From Terrisporobacter mayombei (GTDB taxonomy: Bacteria; Bacillota; Clostridia; Peptostreptococcales; Peptostreptococcaceae): 24,000 nucleotides of DNA. The stretch lies in assembly GCF_031202285.1 (NCBI RefSeq), contig NZ_CP101637.1, one strand, 5' to 3'. The notes below the pieces were generated by a model. It was not told where the DNA came from, made no database searches, and was given only the letters and a program-made list of their open reading frames with translations. Both the position numbers and the translations under genes were made by a program. Below are positions 1-8,225 of this stretch, one piece after another (position 1 is the stretch's first letter; the number at the start of each line of letters is the position of its first letter).

Positions 1-683
1 GCCAAGTCTGGAAAATTATTTTCCTTGCTTAAATGAGCTAATAATATAGATTGTGCATTATTATTAATTAAATCTACACAGAACTTAGCTGCTTCTTCGT
101 TTGATAAATGTCCACAATCAGACATTACCCTTCTTTTTAAACTATACGTATAGCTTCCCATCATTAGCATGTTTGGGTCATAATTAGACTCTAATACTAC
201 AAGTTTTGAGCCGTATAAATTTTGTCTAATGTTATCTGTTACACATCCTATATCCGTAGCAATTGACATTTTTTCCTGTTCTGAAAATAAATTATATCCT
301 ACAGCATCACTTGAGTCGTGTGGTATGGAAAAAGGCTTAATTCCTAAATCTCCTATACTGTATGTTTTATGATTTTCAAATACTTTCATATTGCCTTCTT
401 TTATGTTTCCTAATTTATCTTTCATAGCACACCATGTTTTTACATTTGCAAAAATAGGTATGTCCAATTTTCTCGATAATATTCCCGCTCCTTTTATATG
501 GTCAGAATGTTCATGTGTTATAAATATGCCCTTTATTTTTTCTATATCAGCATTTATATCATTTAAGCCTGTCATTATTCTTTTCCCACTAAGGCCTGCA
601 TCTATTAATATATTAGTATCCTTATAACTAACAAAGTGACAATTTCCGCTACTTCCACTTCCTATAGAACAATACTTCAACAT
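1..683 (-). CDS. MBL-fold metallo-hydrolase, YycJ/WalJ-like (C-terminal part runs off the window start)
   Basis: Absent from the ORF track because no stop lies in the window. My translation from the minus-strand ATG at 683..681 reads MLKYCSIGSGSSGNCHFVSYKDTNILIDAGLSGKRIMTGLNDINADIEKIKGIFITHEHSDHIKGAG..., which contains the beta-lactamase-fold HxHxDH metal motif. A GAGGTG SD lies 4 nt upstream of the ATG. Confidence 0.8.
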   Translation of the reverse strand, partial: MLKYCSIGSGSSGNCHFVSYKDTNILIDAGLSGKRIMTGLNDINADIEKIKGIFITHEHSDHIKGAGILSRKLDIPIFANVKTWCAMKDKLGNIKEGNMKVFENHKTYSIGDLGIKPFSIPHDSSDAVGYNLFSEQEKMSIATDIGCVTDNIRQNLYGSKLVVLESNYDPNMLMMGSYTYSLKRRVMSDCGHLSNEEAAKFCVDLINNNAQSILLAHLSKENNFPDL

Positions 684-717
684 GGTGCACCTCTTTTCTC
701 TTTTTCTCATGAATTAT

Positions 718-726
718 ATTATACCA
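718..726 (-). promoter_or_regulatory. Extended -10 promoter element TGGTATAAT for the MBL hydrolase gene
   Basis: The minus strand reads TTTTGGTATAAT about 35 nt upstream of the ATG at 683. There is no good -35, which an extended -10 tolerates. Confidence 0.45.
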
Positions 727-762
727 AAAAAACAGAGCATTAAATTATTTTTCAATGCTCTG
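725..762 (-). terminator. Rho-independent terminator after the M1 peptidase gene
   Basis: A 9-bp stem CAGAGCATT (733-741) / AATGCTCTG (754-762) is followed on the minus strand by a run of T (A-run 725-732 on plus). It starts about 9 nt after the stop at 772. Confidence 0.6.
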
Positions 763-771
763 GCAAAAATT

Positions 772-2241
772 TTATTTACATTCCTTTATAATTTTTTCAA
801 TATCCACACCTTTACTCTTCCAAAGATCAACAAATTGAGGTCCATTTACATTTTTAAATTTATATGTACTATAGTATTCTTTTAAAGTATTAAAAAATAC
901 TTCATCTCCAACTTCTTTTCTTATTTCATTAAAAACTACTGCTCCTTTTGTATAAACACTTAGACTATATTCTGATGAATCTTTATAATCTGTTGTAGCC
1001 TTGAATATATCAGTTGTTTTATAGTTTCTTGTTTGAACTTCCATAGTTTTTATTAATTTATCTCCTGTTTCTTTTCCATACTTTTGTTCAAAATAAAGTA
1101 TGGTTGAATATTCCGTCAATGCTTCATCTAGCCAAGGTTCATTAATTTCATCATTTCCTATAACACTGTACCACCATTGATGGGCAGTTTCATGAGCTAT
1201 TACATACTCCAATAAAAATTTATTTTCCTTATTATATAAACCTTCATCTATCATAGATAACATGGGATATTCCATTCCTCCAATAAAGAAGTCACTGGCT
1301 ACTACTGAATATGTATCATATGGATAGTCACCAAATAAATTACTAAAAATTTCTATGGACGACTTAGATATATCCAAAGCTTCTTTACTCATATCCTCAT
1401 TTAAATTATATGTATTTATCACAATATCCTTATAATTAGCCTTATTTACTATAAATTTGTCACTTAAAATAAAAGCAAAATCTCTAACCATCTTACCATC
1501 TATAGTATATAATATCTTCTCATTGTCTGTTTTCTTCTCTGTTACTTTTCCTGTAGTTGCTAACTTATATTTTGATGGGGCTAATATTTGAACTTTAAAG
1601 TTGCTAGTATCACTATAAAATGGATCTCCTACAGTTTCATAACTTTTTAGATTCCATCCTTTATCATCATAAACACATGCTATAGGGAACCAATTTGTTA
1701 CATTTACTGTATTATCGCCATAACCAAATCTTCCAAGGCAATTAGGTAATTTTACATTATATTTTAAGTCTATTTTTACTACTTCACTGGCTTTTAATAA
1801 TTTGTTTAATTTAATCTCTAGAATATCGTTTTTATCTCCTTTTACTTCATACTTTAATTTTTCCTTATCACTTAATACATTTTTAAGATCTATATATCCT
1901 TCATTAAAGCCATTTGGATAAGCTCTGCTCATTTCTGAGTCTTCAAAAGGAACTGATTTTTCTTGGCAAAAAGCATTTGGATAAATATGTAGGTAAATTT
2001 TATCTAATGTAGTTTTCGTATTATTTATATAAACTAAACTTTCGTTGCATAAAATACGATTAGTTTCATCATCATATATTACATCTATAGTATATTCGCT
2101 TTTGTTTTTTTCATCTTTAAGTGTAAAAGTTTCTCTTTGATTAGTAAGTATAAATGTGCGTATACTTCCCCCTATAATGATTAGAAGAGCTAAGATTATA
2201 ACAAATAATCTCCTTCTCTTTTTATCGAATTTAATAACCAA
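772..2241 (-). CDS. Membrane-anchored M1-family zinc metallopeptidase (aminopeptidase N-like)
   Basis: 489-aa ORF. The HEXXH-X18-E zinc motif is read directly (VIAHETAHQWW...WLDEALTEY), with a GGMEYP variant of the GxMEN exopeptidase motif. An N-terminal hydrophobic segment (LFVIILALLIIIGGSI) follows a KKRRR stretch. The start is TTG with an AAGGAGG SD 6 nt upstream. Confidence 0.85.
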   Translation of the reverse strand: MVIKFDKKRRRLFVIILALLIIIGGSIRTFILTNQRETFTLKDEKNKSEYTIDVIYDDETNRILCNESLVYINNTKTTLDKIYLHIYPNAFCQEKSVPFEDSEMSRAYPNGFNEGYIDLKNVLSDKEKLKYEVKGDKNDILEIKLNKLLKASEVVKIDLKYNVKLPNCLGRFGYGDNTVNVTNWFPIACVYDDKGWNLKSYETVGDPFYSDTSNFKVQILAPSKYKLATTGKVTEKKTDNEKILYTIDGKMVRDFAFILSDKFIVNKANYKDIVINTYNLNEDMSKEALDISKSSIEIFSNLFGDYPYDTYSVVASDFFIGGMEYPMLSMIDEGLYNKENKFLLEYVIAHETAHQWWYSVIGNDEINEPWLDEALTEYSTILYFEQKYGKETGDKLIKTMEVQTRNYKTTDIFKATTDYKDSSEYSLSVYTKGAVVFNEIRKEVGDEVFFNTLKEYYSTYKFKNVNGPQFVDLWKSKGVDIEKIIKECK

Positions 2242-2307
2242 TTTATACCTCCTTTTTAGTGAATATTTTTTTTTAAAACTTCCAATATAAATTTGTAATA
2301 GCTTTTA

Positions 2308-2316
2308 TGTTATAAT
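2308..2316 (+). promoter_or_regulatory. Extended -10 element TGTTATAAT upstream of the DnaD-domain gene
   Basis: TGnTATAAT at 2308-2316, 19 nt before the ATG at 2335. It would give a very short leader carrying the GAGGTG SD. No clear -35. Confidence 0.4.
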
Positions 2317-2334
2317 TGAAGCTGAGGTGATTGT

Positions 2335-3393
2335 ATGTTTTTTTATAAAGAAGAAAATGATATAGATTTTGGGGAAACAACCATCCCAAATATCTTCATA
2401 GATATATATATGCCTATGGGTGATGGATTATACACAAAGGTATATCTTTTAGCATATAGGCAAATATGTTCTTCTATTCCAGATTCTAAATTTGATAATA
2501 GTTCTATTGCTAGAATTTTAGAAGTTCCGTTGTCAGATGTTATTAATGCATGGAAATTCTGGGAGAAGCAAAACATAGTAAAAATGCACAAAAATGATAG
2601 CCCGGATGCTTTTGATTATTCAATTGAATTTTTAGATTTAAAAAGACTCTATGTTGAAAATCTACAAATTAATACACCTTCTATTAAATCTAATAGTGAT
2701 AGAATAGTTTCTGCTGGACATAATCCAAGCATAACTAAAATGTTTAATAGTATAAATCGTATAATAGGAAGATTTCTTGATCCTTCAGAAAAATTAAGAA
2801 TACTAGACATTAGAGAAAAATTTAATGTTAATCCTGATGTTATTGTTTATGCTTATGAAACTTCAAAGCAGAATAATAATGGTACGCCTAAAAATCTTAA
2901 TTATATTGAAGGTATACTTAGAAACTGGTATGACTTAGGACTTTATACTATTGAAGATATTGAAAATAATGTAATTGAAGATAAAAAGCGCTATGACATT
3001 CATAAGCTTATTTTTAAATCTCTTGGGTTTAATAGAAATCCTGGATCAGAAGAAAAAAGAATTATGGATACATGGATTGATAAGTACAATATGGATATAG
3101 AGGTTATATTAGAAGCTTGTAGCAAGTCCAAAAATACATCTAACCCTTCTATATCTTATATAAATGGTATAATTGAAAGATATAAAAAGAATAATGTTAA
3201 AACTTTAGATGATATAGAAAAATTAGAAGAAGAATTTAATCAAAAAAAACAACATCGAAAAAATACAACTTCAAATAATAACTCTATTCCTAAAGTTAAA
3301 ACAAGATTCCATAATATCAACGAAACATTTAGAAACTACAGCCCTGAGGAATTAGAGAAAATTCTAAAAGAAAGTCAAAAGGGTAAATTTTAG
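2335..3393 (+). CDS. DnaD-domain replication initiation / helicase-loading accessory protein (DnaD/DnaB(Bsu)-like)
   Basis: 352-aa ORF with a GAGGTG SD. It has an N-terminal winged-helix-like region and repeated DnaD-type segments (YIEGILRNW..., YINGIIERYKKNNVKT). It lies directly upstream of, and nearly abuts, a DnaI/DnaC-type loader, the arrangement known for Firmicutes primosome genes. Confidence 0.7.
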   Translation: MFFYKEENDIDFGETTIPNIFIDIYMPMGDGLYTKVYLLAYRQICSSIPDSKFDNSSIARILEVPLSDVINAWKFWEKQNIVKMHKNDSPDAFDYSIEFLDLKRLYVENLQINTPSIKSNSDRIVSAGHNPSITKMFNSINRIIGRFLDPSEKLRILDIREKFNVNPDVIVYAYETSKQNNNGTPKNLNYIEGILRNWYDLGLYTIEDIENNVIEDKKRYDIHKLIFKSLGFNRNPGSEEKRIMDTWIDKYNMDIEVILEACSKSKNTSNPSISYINGIIERYKKNNVKTLDDIEKLEEEFNQKKQHRKNTTSNNNSIPKVKTRFHNINETFRNYSPEELEKILKESQKGKF

Positions 3394-3408
3394 TAGGTAG
3401 GTGGTTAA

Positions 3409-4413
3409 ATGCAGGAATCAAAATTAAGAGATATTCTTACTAGTTACGAGAGAAAAAGAGATAAAGCAGATAGGCTACTAGAACAACGGAAAAATGATGT
3501 TTATAAACAAATTCCTAAAGTAAAAGAAATAGAAGATGAAATTAGCAAAGTTGGATTAGAAATGATGAAACTCGTTCTTAAAAATCCATCAAATAAGGAA
3601 GCTCTCACATTAGAAGCCAAGGAAAGAATCCAAGCTTTAACTAGCGAAAAACAAGCTTTATTAGATAGTTGGAATGTTCCTAATGGGTATCTTGATATTC
3701 AATATGAATGTAGTATGTGTAAAGATAGAGGATTTCTTTCAAACGGCAAAAAATGCAATTGTTTAAAACAAGCAATTATTAATGAGTCTTATAAAATGTC
3801 CAATTTATCTAGAATGTTAGAGAAACAAAATCAGTGTACATATGACGACAGCATTTTTTCAGAAGAAGTCGATTCAAGCACTGGTATTTCTCCTAGACAA
3901 AACATGCAACTAATTTTATCTGATTGTGATGAGTTTATCTATGATTTCGACAAGGATAATGACAAAAACTTATTGTTTTATGGAGATACTGGACTTGGCA
4001 AAACATTTATGTCTAGCTATATTGCCAAGGAACTTCTTGATAAAGGATATTTAGTAATATACCAAACTGCCTTTAAAATGTTTGAAATCATAGAAGAATA
4101 TAAATTTAGAAATTCTGATCATCATTTATCAAGGGATGATTACGAAAATTTATTTGAGTGTGATCTTCTAATAATAGACGATTTAGGTACAGAACTTACT
4201 AACTCATTTACTATTAGTGAATTGTTTATAATTCTAAATACTCGTTTATTAAATGGTAAAAAAACTATTATTTCTACTAATCTTAATCCTGCACAACTTG
4301 GAGAACTTTATTCTCAAAGAATTTTTTCACGTATTTTTGATAAATTCAAAATGATTAAATTTATTGGTGCTGATTTAAGATGGCAAAATAAAATATCTAA
4401 TTTAAATAAATAA
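3409..4413 (+). CDS. Replicative helicase loader, DnaI/DnaC-type AAA+ ATPase
   Basis: 334-aa ORF with Walker A GDTGLGKTF and Walker B LLIIDDLG. A CxxC-x11-CxC cysteine cluster (CSMCKDRGFLSNGKKCNC) follows a charged helical N-terminus and precedes the ATPase domain. Confidence 0.8.
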   Translation: MQESKLRDILTSYERKRDKADRLLEQRKNDVYKQIPKVKEIEDEISKVGLEMMKLVLKNPSNKEALTLEAKERIQALTSEKQALLDSWNVPNGYLDIQYECSMCKDRGFLSNGKKCNCLKQAIINESYKMSNLSRMLEKQNQCTYDDSIFSEEVDSSTGISPRQNMQLILSDCDEFIYDFDKDNDKNLLFYGDTGLGKTFMSSYIAKELLDKGYLVIYQTAFKMFEIIEEYKFRNSDHHLSRDDYENLFECDLLIIDDLGTELTNSFTISELFIILNTRLLNGKKTIISTNLNPAQLGELYSQRIFSRIFDKFKMIKFIGADLRWQNKISNLNK

Positions 4414-4416
4414 AAA

Positions 4417-4446
4417 GAGAAAACTTCTGACAGTTTTCTCCTTTTT
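4417..4446. terminator. Bidirectional rho-independent terminator shared by the loader gene (+) and purA (-)
   Basis: Perfect 9-bp stem GAGAAAACT (4417-4425) / AGTTTTCTC (4432-4440) with a 6-nt loop. An A-run lies on the left (4412-4416) and a T-run on the right (4442-4446), so it can terminate on either strand between convergent genes. Confidence 0.7.
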
Positions 4447-4461
4447 GTTTCATGTGAAACT
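4446..4461. other. parS-like 16-mer TGTTTCATGTGAAACT (14/16 to TGTTTCACGTGAAACA)
   Basis: Read directly. It is an inverted repeat GTTTCA-TG-TGAAAC with mismatches at position 8 (C>T) and position 16 (A>T). It is intergenic, abutting the purA stop. Confidence 0.35.
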
Positions 4462-5751
<1,290 letters not shown>

Positions 5752-5840
5752 TTATTTCACCTCTATTATCTATATATTAAATTTCATAAAATCTAATATA
5801 TAATTTATTTTCAACTTATTATCGAACACTTACGTTATAT

Positions 5841-5869
5841 ATTTTAACAAATATTCGTTTTGGTTTCAA
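5841..5869 (-). promoter_or_regulatory. SigA-type promoter for purA
   Basis: Minus strand: TTGAAA (5869-5864), a 17-nt spacer, then TAAAAT (5846-5841) preceded by TGT (extended -10). It lies about 90 nt upstream of the purA ATG, and the -35 sits only about 6 nt downstream of the preceding ORF's stop. Confidence 0.7.
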
Positions 5870-5874
5870 CTTTT

Positions 5875-6180
5875 TTAATTTTTAATTACTTTTAATATGT
5901 ATCTTTCTATTTCTTCTAAGCTTTTTCCATTAATAATATTATCCCTTTTTTCAATAAATATATCATTAAATTTCTCAACTTCATCTAAATCCTTACCCGT
6001 AAAGACTTTTTCTATAGATCCTGTCATTGTATTTATCATATATATGTTATATTGATTCTTTTCTTCCATTAAATAAATTACTATTGTTTCTTTTAATTCA
6101 TTATCCACTATCCTAAACAAATTACTTTCTTTATTAACAATTCCCATATCTGGATATACAAAAAACATTTCTATTTTCAT
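5875..6180 (-). CDS. Small acidic hypothetical protein (101 aa; 106 aa if the upstream ATG at 6195 is used)
   Basis: ORF-track entry 5875..6195. The second ATG (6180) has a GGAG 9 nt upstream, while the first ATG has no SD. I recognise no motif, no TM segment and no signal peptide. Confidence 0.55.
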   Translation of the reverse strand: MKIEMFFVYPDMGIVNKESNLFRIVDNELKETIVIYLMEEKNQYNIYMINTMTGSIEKVFTGKDLDEVEKFNDIFIEKRDNIINGKSLEEIERYILKVIKN

Positions 6181-6289
6181 TTTATTATTCTCCATATCGA
6201 CTTATTTTTGGGCATAAATATGAGTTGTTTAAAAGATACTCCTATCTTATAAACAACCCTTTCATTAAGTTTTACACATATTTATTTAG

Positions 6290-6420
6290 TTATTCACATT
6301 TATCCACATACTATTTGTGGATACTGTGTATAACATTTCATTGTATAGACTACATTTAATACTATCTTTTCATATTTATCCACATTTTTCTCAAATATAG
6401 AAAGGTTGTTCTGTGGATAT
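6290..6420. promoter_or_regulatory. DnaA-box cluster (six boxes, two perfect TTATCCACA)
   Basis: The boxes are TTATTCACA 6290-6298, TTATCCACA 6300-6308 (perfect), TGTGGATAC 6316-6324 (reverse), TGTGTATAA 6325-6333 (reverse), TTATCCACA 6376-6384 (perfect) and TGTGGATAT 6412-6420 (reverse). Each imperfect box has a single mismatch. Confidence 0.7.
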
Positions 6421-6424
6421 ATGT

Positions 6425-7753
6425 TTATATTTCTCTAACTTTGTCGGCAAATTTTTGTACTTGGCCAAACCATACTAATTCTACATTACCCGTTTCACCA
6501 TGTCTATTTTTTGCAATTATAACTTCACCTATATTTTTCTTTTCAGAATCGTCATGATAGTATTCATCTCTGTATAAAAACATAACTATATCTGCATCCT
6601 GCTCTATAGACCCAGACTCTCTTAAATCTGATAATATAGGCCTATGGTCTTTTCTAAGTTCTGGAGAACGAGATAGCTGTGAAAGAGCAACCACAGGACA
6701 ATCTAGTTCCTTAGCTAATATCTTTAAAGATCTAGAAATCTTAGCTATTTCTTGTTGTCTGTTTTCATTTTTGCCCTCTCCCTCCATCAATTGAAGGTAA
6801 TCTATTAGGATTAAATCTAATCCCTTTTCTATTTTTAATCTTCTACATTTTGATCTTATTTCTGATATTTTTATACCAGGAGTATCATCTATGAAAATAT
6901 TAGCTTCTGATAATACTGCCATAGCATCTATTATTCTTGGCCAATCTGATTCTCCAAGGGAACCAGTTTTTATTTTACTTAACTCCACATTAGATTGTGC
7001 AGATAACATACGTTGAACTAGCTGTTCCTTAGACATCTCTAAACTAAATACTGCCACAGATGCATCACCTTTTAATGCAGCATTTTGAACAAGGTTTAGT
7101 GAGAATGCTGTTTTTCCCATGGCAGGTCTTGCTGCTAGCAGAATTAAATCTGTTCTTTGAAGTCCATTTATTTTTTTATTTAAATCTGTAAATCCAGTAG
7201 TTATTCCTGTAACATCACTTTTTTGCGTACACAACCTTTCAATCATATCAAAGGTATCTTGTAGAACTAAGTTTATTGGTTGAATATCATCACCAGATTT
7301 TTCTTGAGATATATCAAATATACTTTTTTCTGCCTGATCTAATATTTCCTGAACATCTGTAGAAGCATCATATCCTAAGTTTATAATCTCATTAGACGCC
7401 TTTATAAGCTGTCTCATAACAGATTTTTCTTTCACTATGTTGGCGTAATACTTTACATTTGATGTCGTTGGGACTATTGTTGAAAGGCTTGTTAGATAAC
7501 TAATACCTCCAACATTATCTAAATGACCTTCTTTTCTTAATTCCTCTATTAATGTTATCAAATCTATTGGTTCATTATTGCTATTTAACTTTAACATAGA
7601 CTCATATATTATTTTGTGAGCTTCTTTATAAAAATCACCAGGATTTATGGTTTCTGCCACAGTTATAATCGCGTCTTTATCAAGGATAATAGAACCTAAT
7701 ATTGATTGCTCTGATTCCACACTATGTGGAGGAATTCTACTTATATCCTCCAT
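6425..7753 (-). CDS. dnaB: Replicative DNA helicase (DnaB family; called DnaC in B. subtilis nomenclature)
   Basis: Has the PPHSVESEQSILGSII N-terminal motif, Walker A ARPAMGKTAF, Walker B LILIDYLQLM and the QLSR motif. The ORF-track start at 7762 is a GTG inside the SD. GAGGTG-ATAATA-ATG supports the ATG at 7753. Confidence 0.95.
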   Translation of the reverse strand: MEDISRIPPHSVESEQSILGSIILDKDAIITVAETINPGDFYKEAHKIIYESMLKLNSNNEPIDLITLIEELRKEGHLDNVGGISYLTSLSTIVPTTSNVKYYANIVKEKSVMRQLIKASNEIINLGYDASTDVQEILDQAEKSIFDISQEKSGDDIQPINLVLQDTFDMIERLCTQKSDVTGITTGFTDLNKKINGLQRTDLILLAARPAMGKTAFSLNLVQNAALKGDASVAVFSLEMSKEQLVQRMLSAQSNVELSKIKTGSLGESDWPRIIDAMAVLSEANIFIDDTPGIKISEIRSKCRRLKIEKGLDLILIDYLQLMEGEGKNENRQQEIAKISRSLKILAKELDCPVVALSQLSRSPELRKDHRPILSDLRESGSIEQDADIVMFLYRDEYYHDDSEKKNIGEVIIAKNRHGETGNVELVWFGQVQKFADKVREI

Positions 7754-7775
7754 TATTATCACCTCAACCTAGTGC

Positions 7776-8225
7776 TTATTGTTTTTCTTTAACATCTACT
7801 CTTATCTTTGTAGTAACTTTTTGATGTATTTTTATTTCAACAAATCTTGAACCTAATACTCTAATTGGCTCATCAAGCGAAATTTTTCTCTTATCCACTT
7901 CTACATTATGTTGTTTCTTTAATTGTTCTGCTACATCTTTAGAAGTTATTGATCCAAATAATCTTCCAGCATCACCAGCTTTAGAATATATAGTTACAGC
8001 CATGTCTTCCATTTTCTTTCCTAATTCAACAGCTTCTTCGTATTCTTTTTGAGCTTTTAATTCTTTTGATTTATTCTTTTCATTTAACTCTTTTACATTT
8101 GTGTTGTCAGCAACTACTGCCATTTTTTTAGGTAATAAAAAGTTTTTTGCATATCCATCACTTACTTCTTTAACTTCTCCTTTTTTACCTGTTCCTTTAA
8201 CATCTTTTAATAATATTACTTTCAT
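7776..8225 (-). CDS. rplI: 50S ribosomal protein L9
   Basis: 149-aa ORF beginning [32 protein letters not shown], the canonical L9 N-terminus. Its ATG directly abuts the gdpP stop (TAAATG). Confidence 0.95.
   Translation of the reverse strand: MKVILLKDVKGTGKKGEVKEVSDGYAKNFLLPKKMAVVADNTNVKELNEKNKSKELKAQKEYEEAVELGKKMEDMAVTIYSKAGDAGRLFGSITSKDVAEQLKKQHNVEVDKRKISLDEPIRVLGSRFVEIKIHQKVTTKIRVDVKEKQ

Noticed and set aside
391-627. The ORF-track plus-strand 78-aa ORF, and similar antisense ORFs at 682-885, 2343-2591, 4526-4714, 10880-11098, 13047-13256, 14110-14292, 17305-17511, 21555-21770 and 22275-22619.
   Set aside because: All lie antisense to, and mostly inside, strongly supported conserved CDSs. 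They have low-complexity, Ile/Phe/Leu/Ser-rich translations typical of shadow ORFs in AT-rich DNA, and they have no SD sequences.
802-810. Isolated single-mismatch DnaA-box-like 9-mers inside the M1 peptidase gene (ATATCCACA, about 801-809) and inside purA (TCATCCACA, about 5145-5153).
   Set aside because: Single one-mismatch boxes are expected by chance at about this frequency in 24 kb of AT-rich DNA, and neither is clustered with other boxes.
6290-6420. The DnaA-box cluster interpreted as the chromosomal origin (oriC) itself.
   Set aside because: Firmicutes oriC flanks dnaA. The jag-mnmE-mnmG-rsmG order implies that rnpA, rpmH and dnaA lie beyond the right edge of the window. The cluster is short (about 130 bp) and sits between convergently organised housekeeping genes, with no obvious adjacent unwinding-element repeats.
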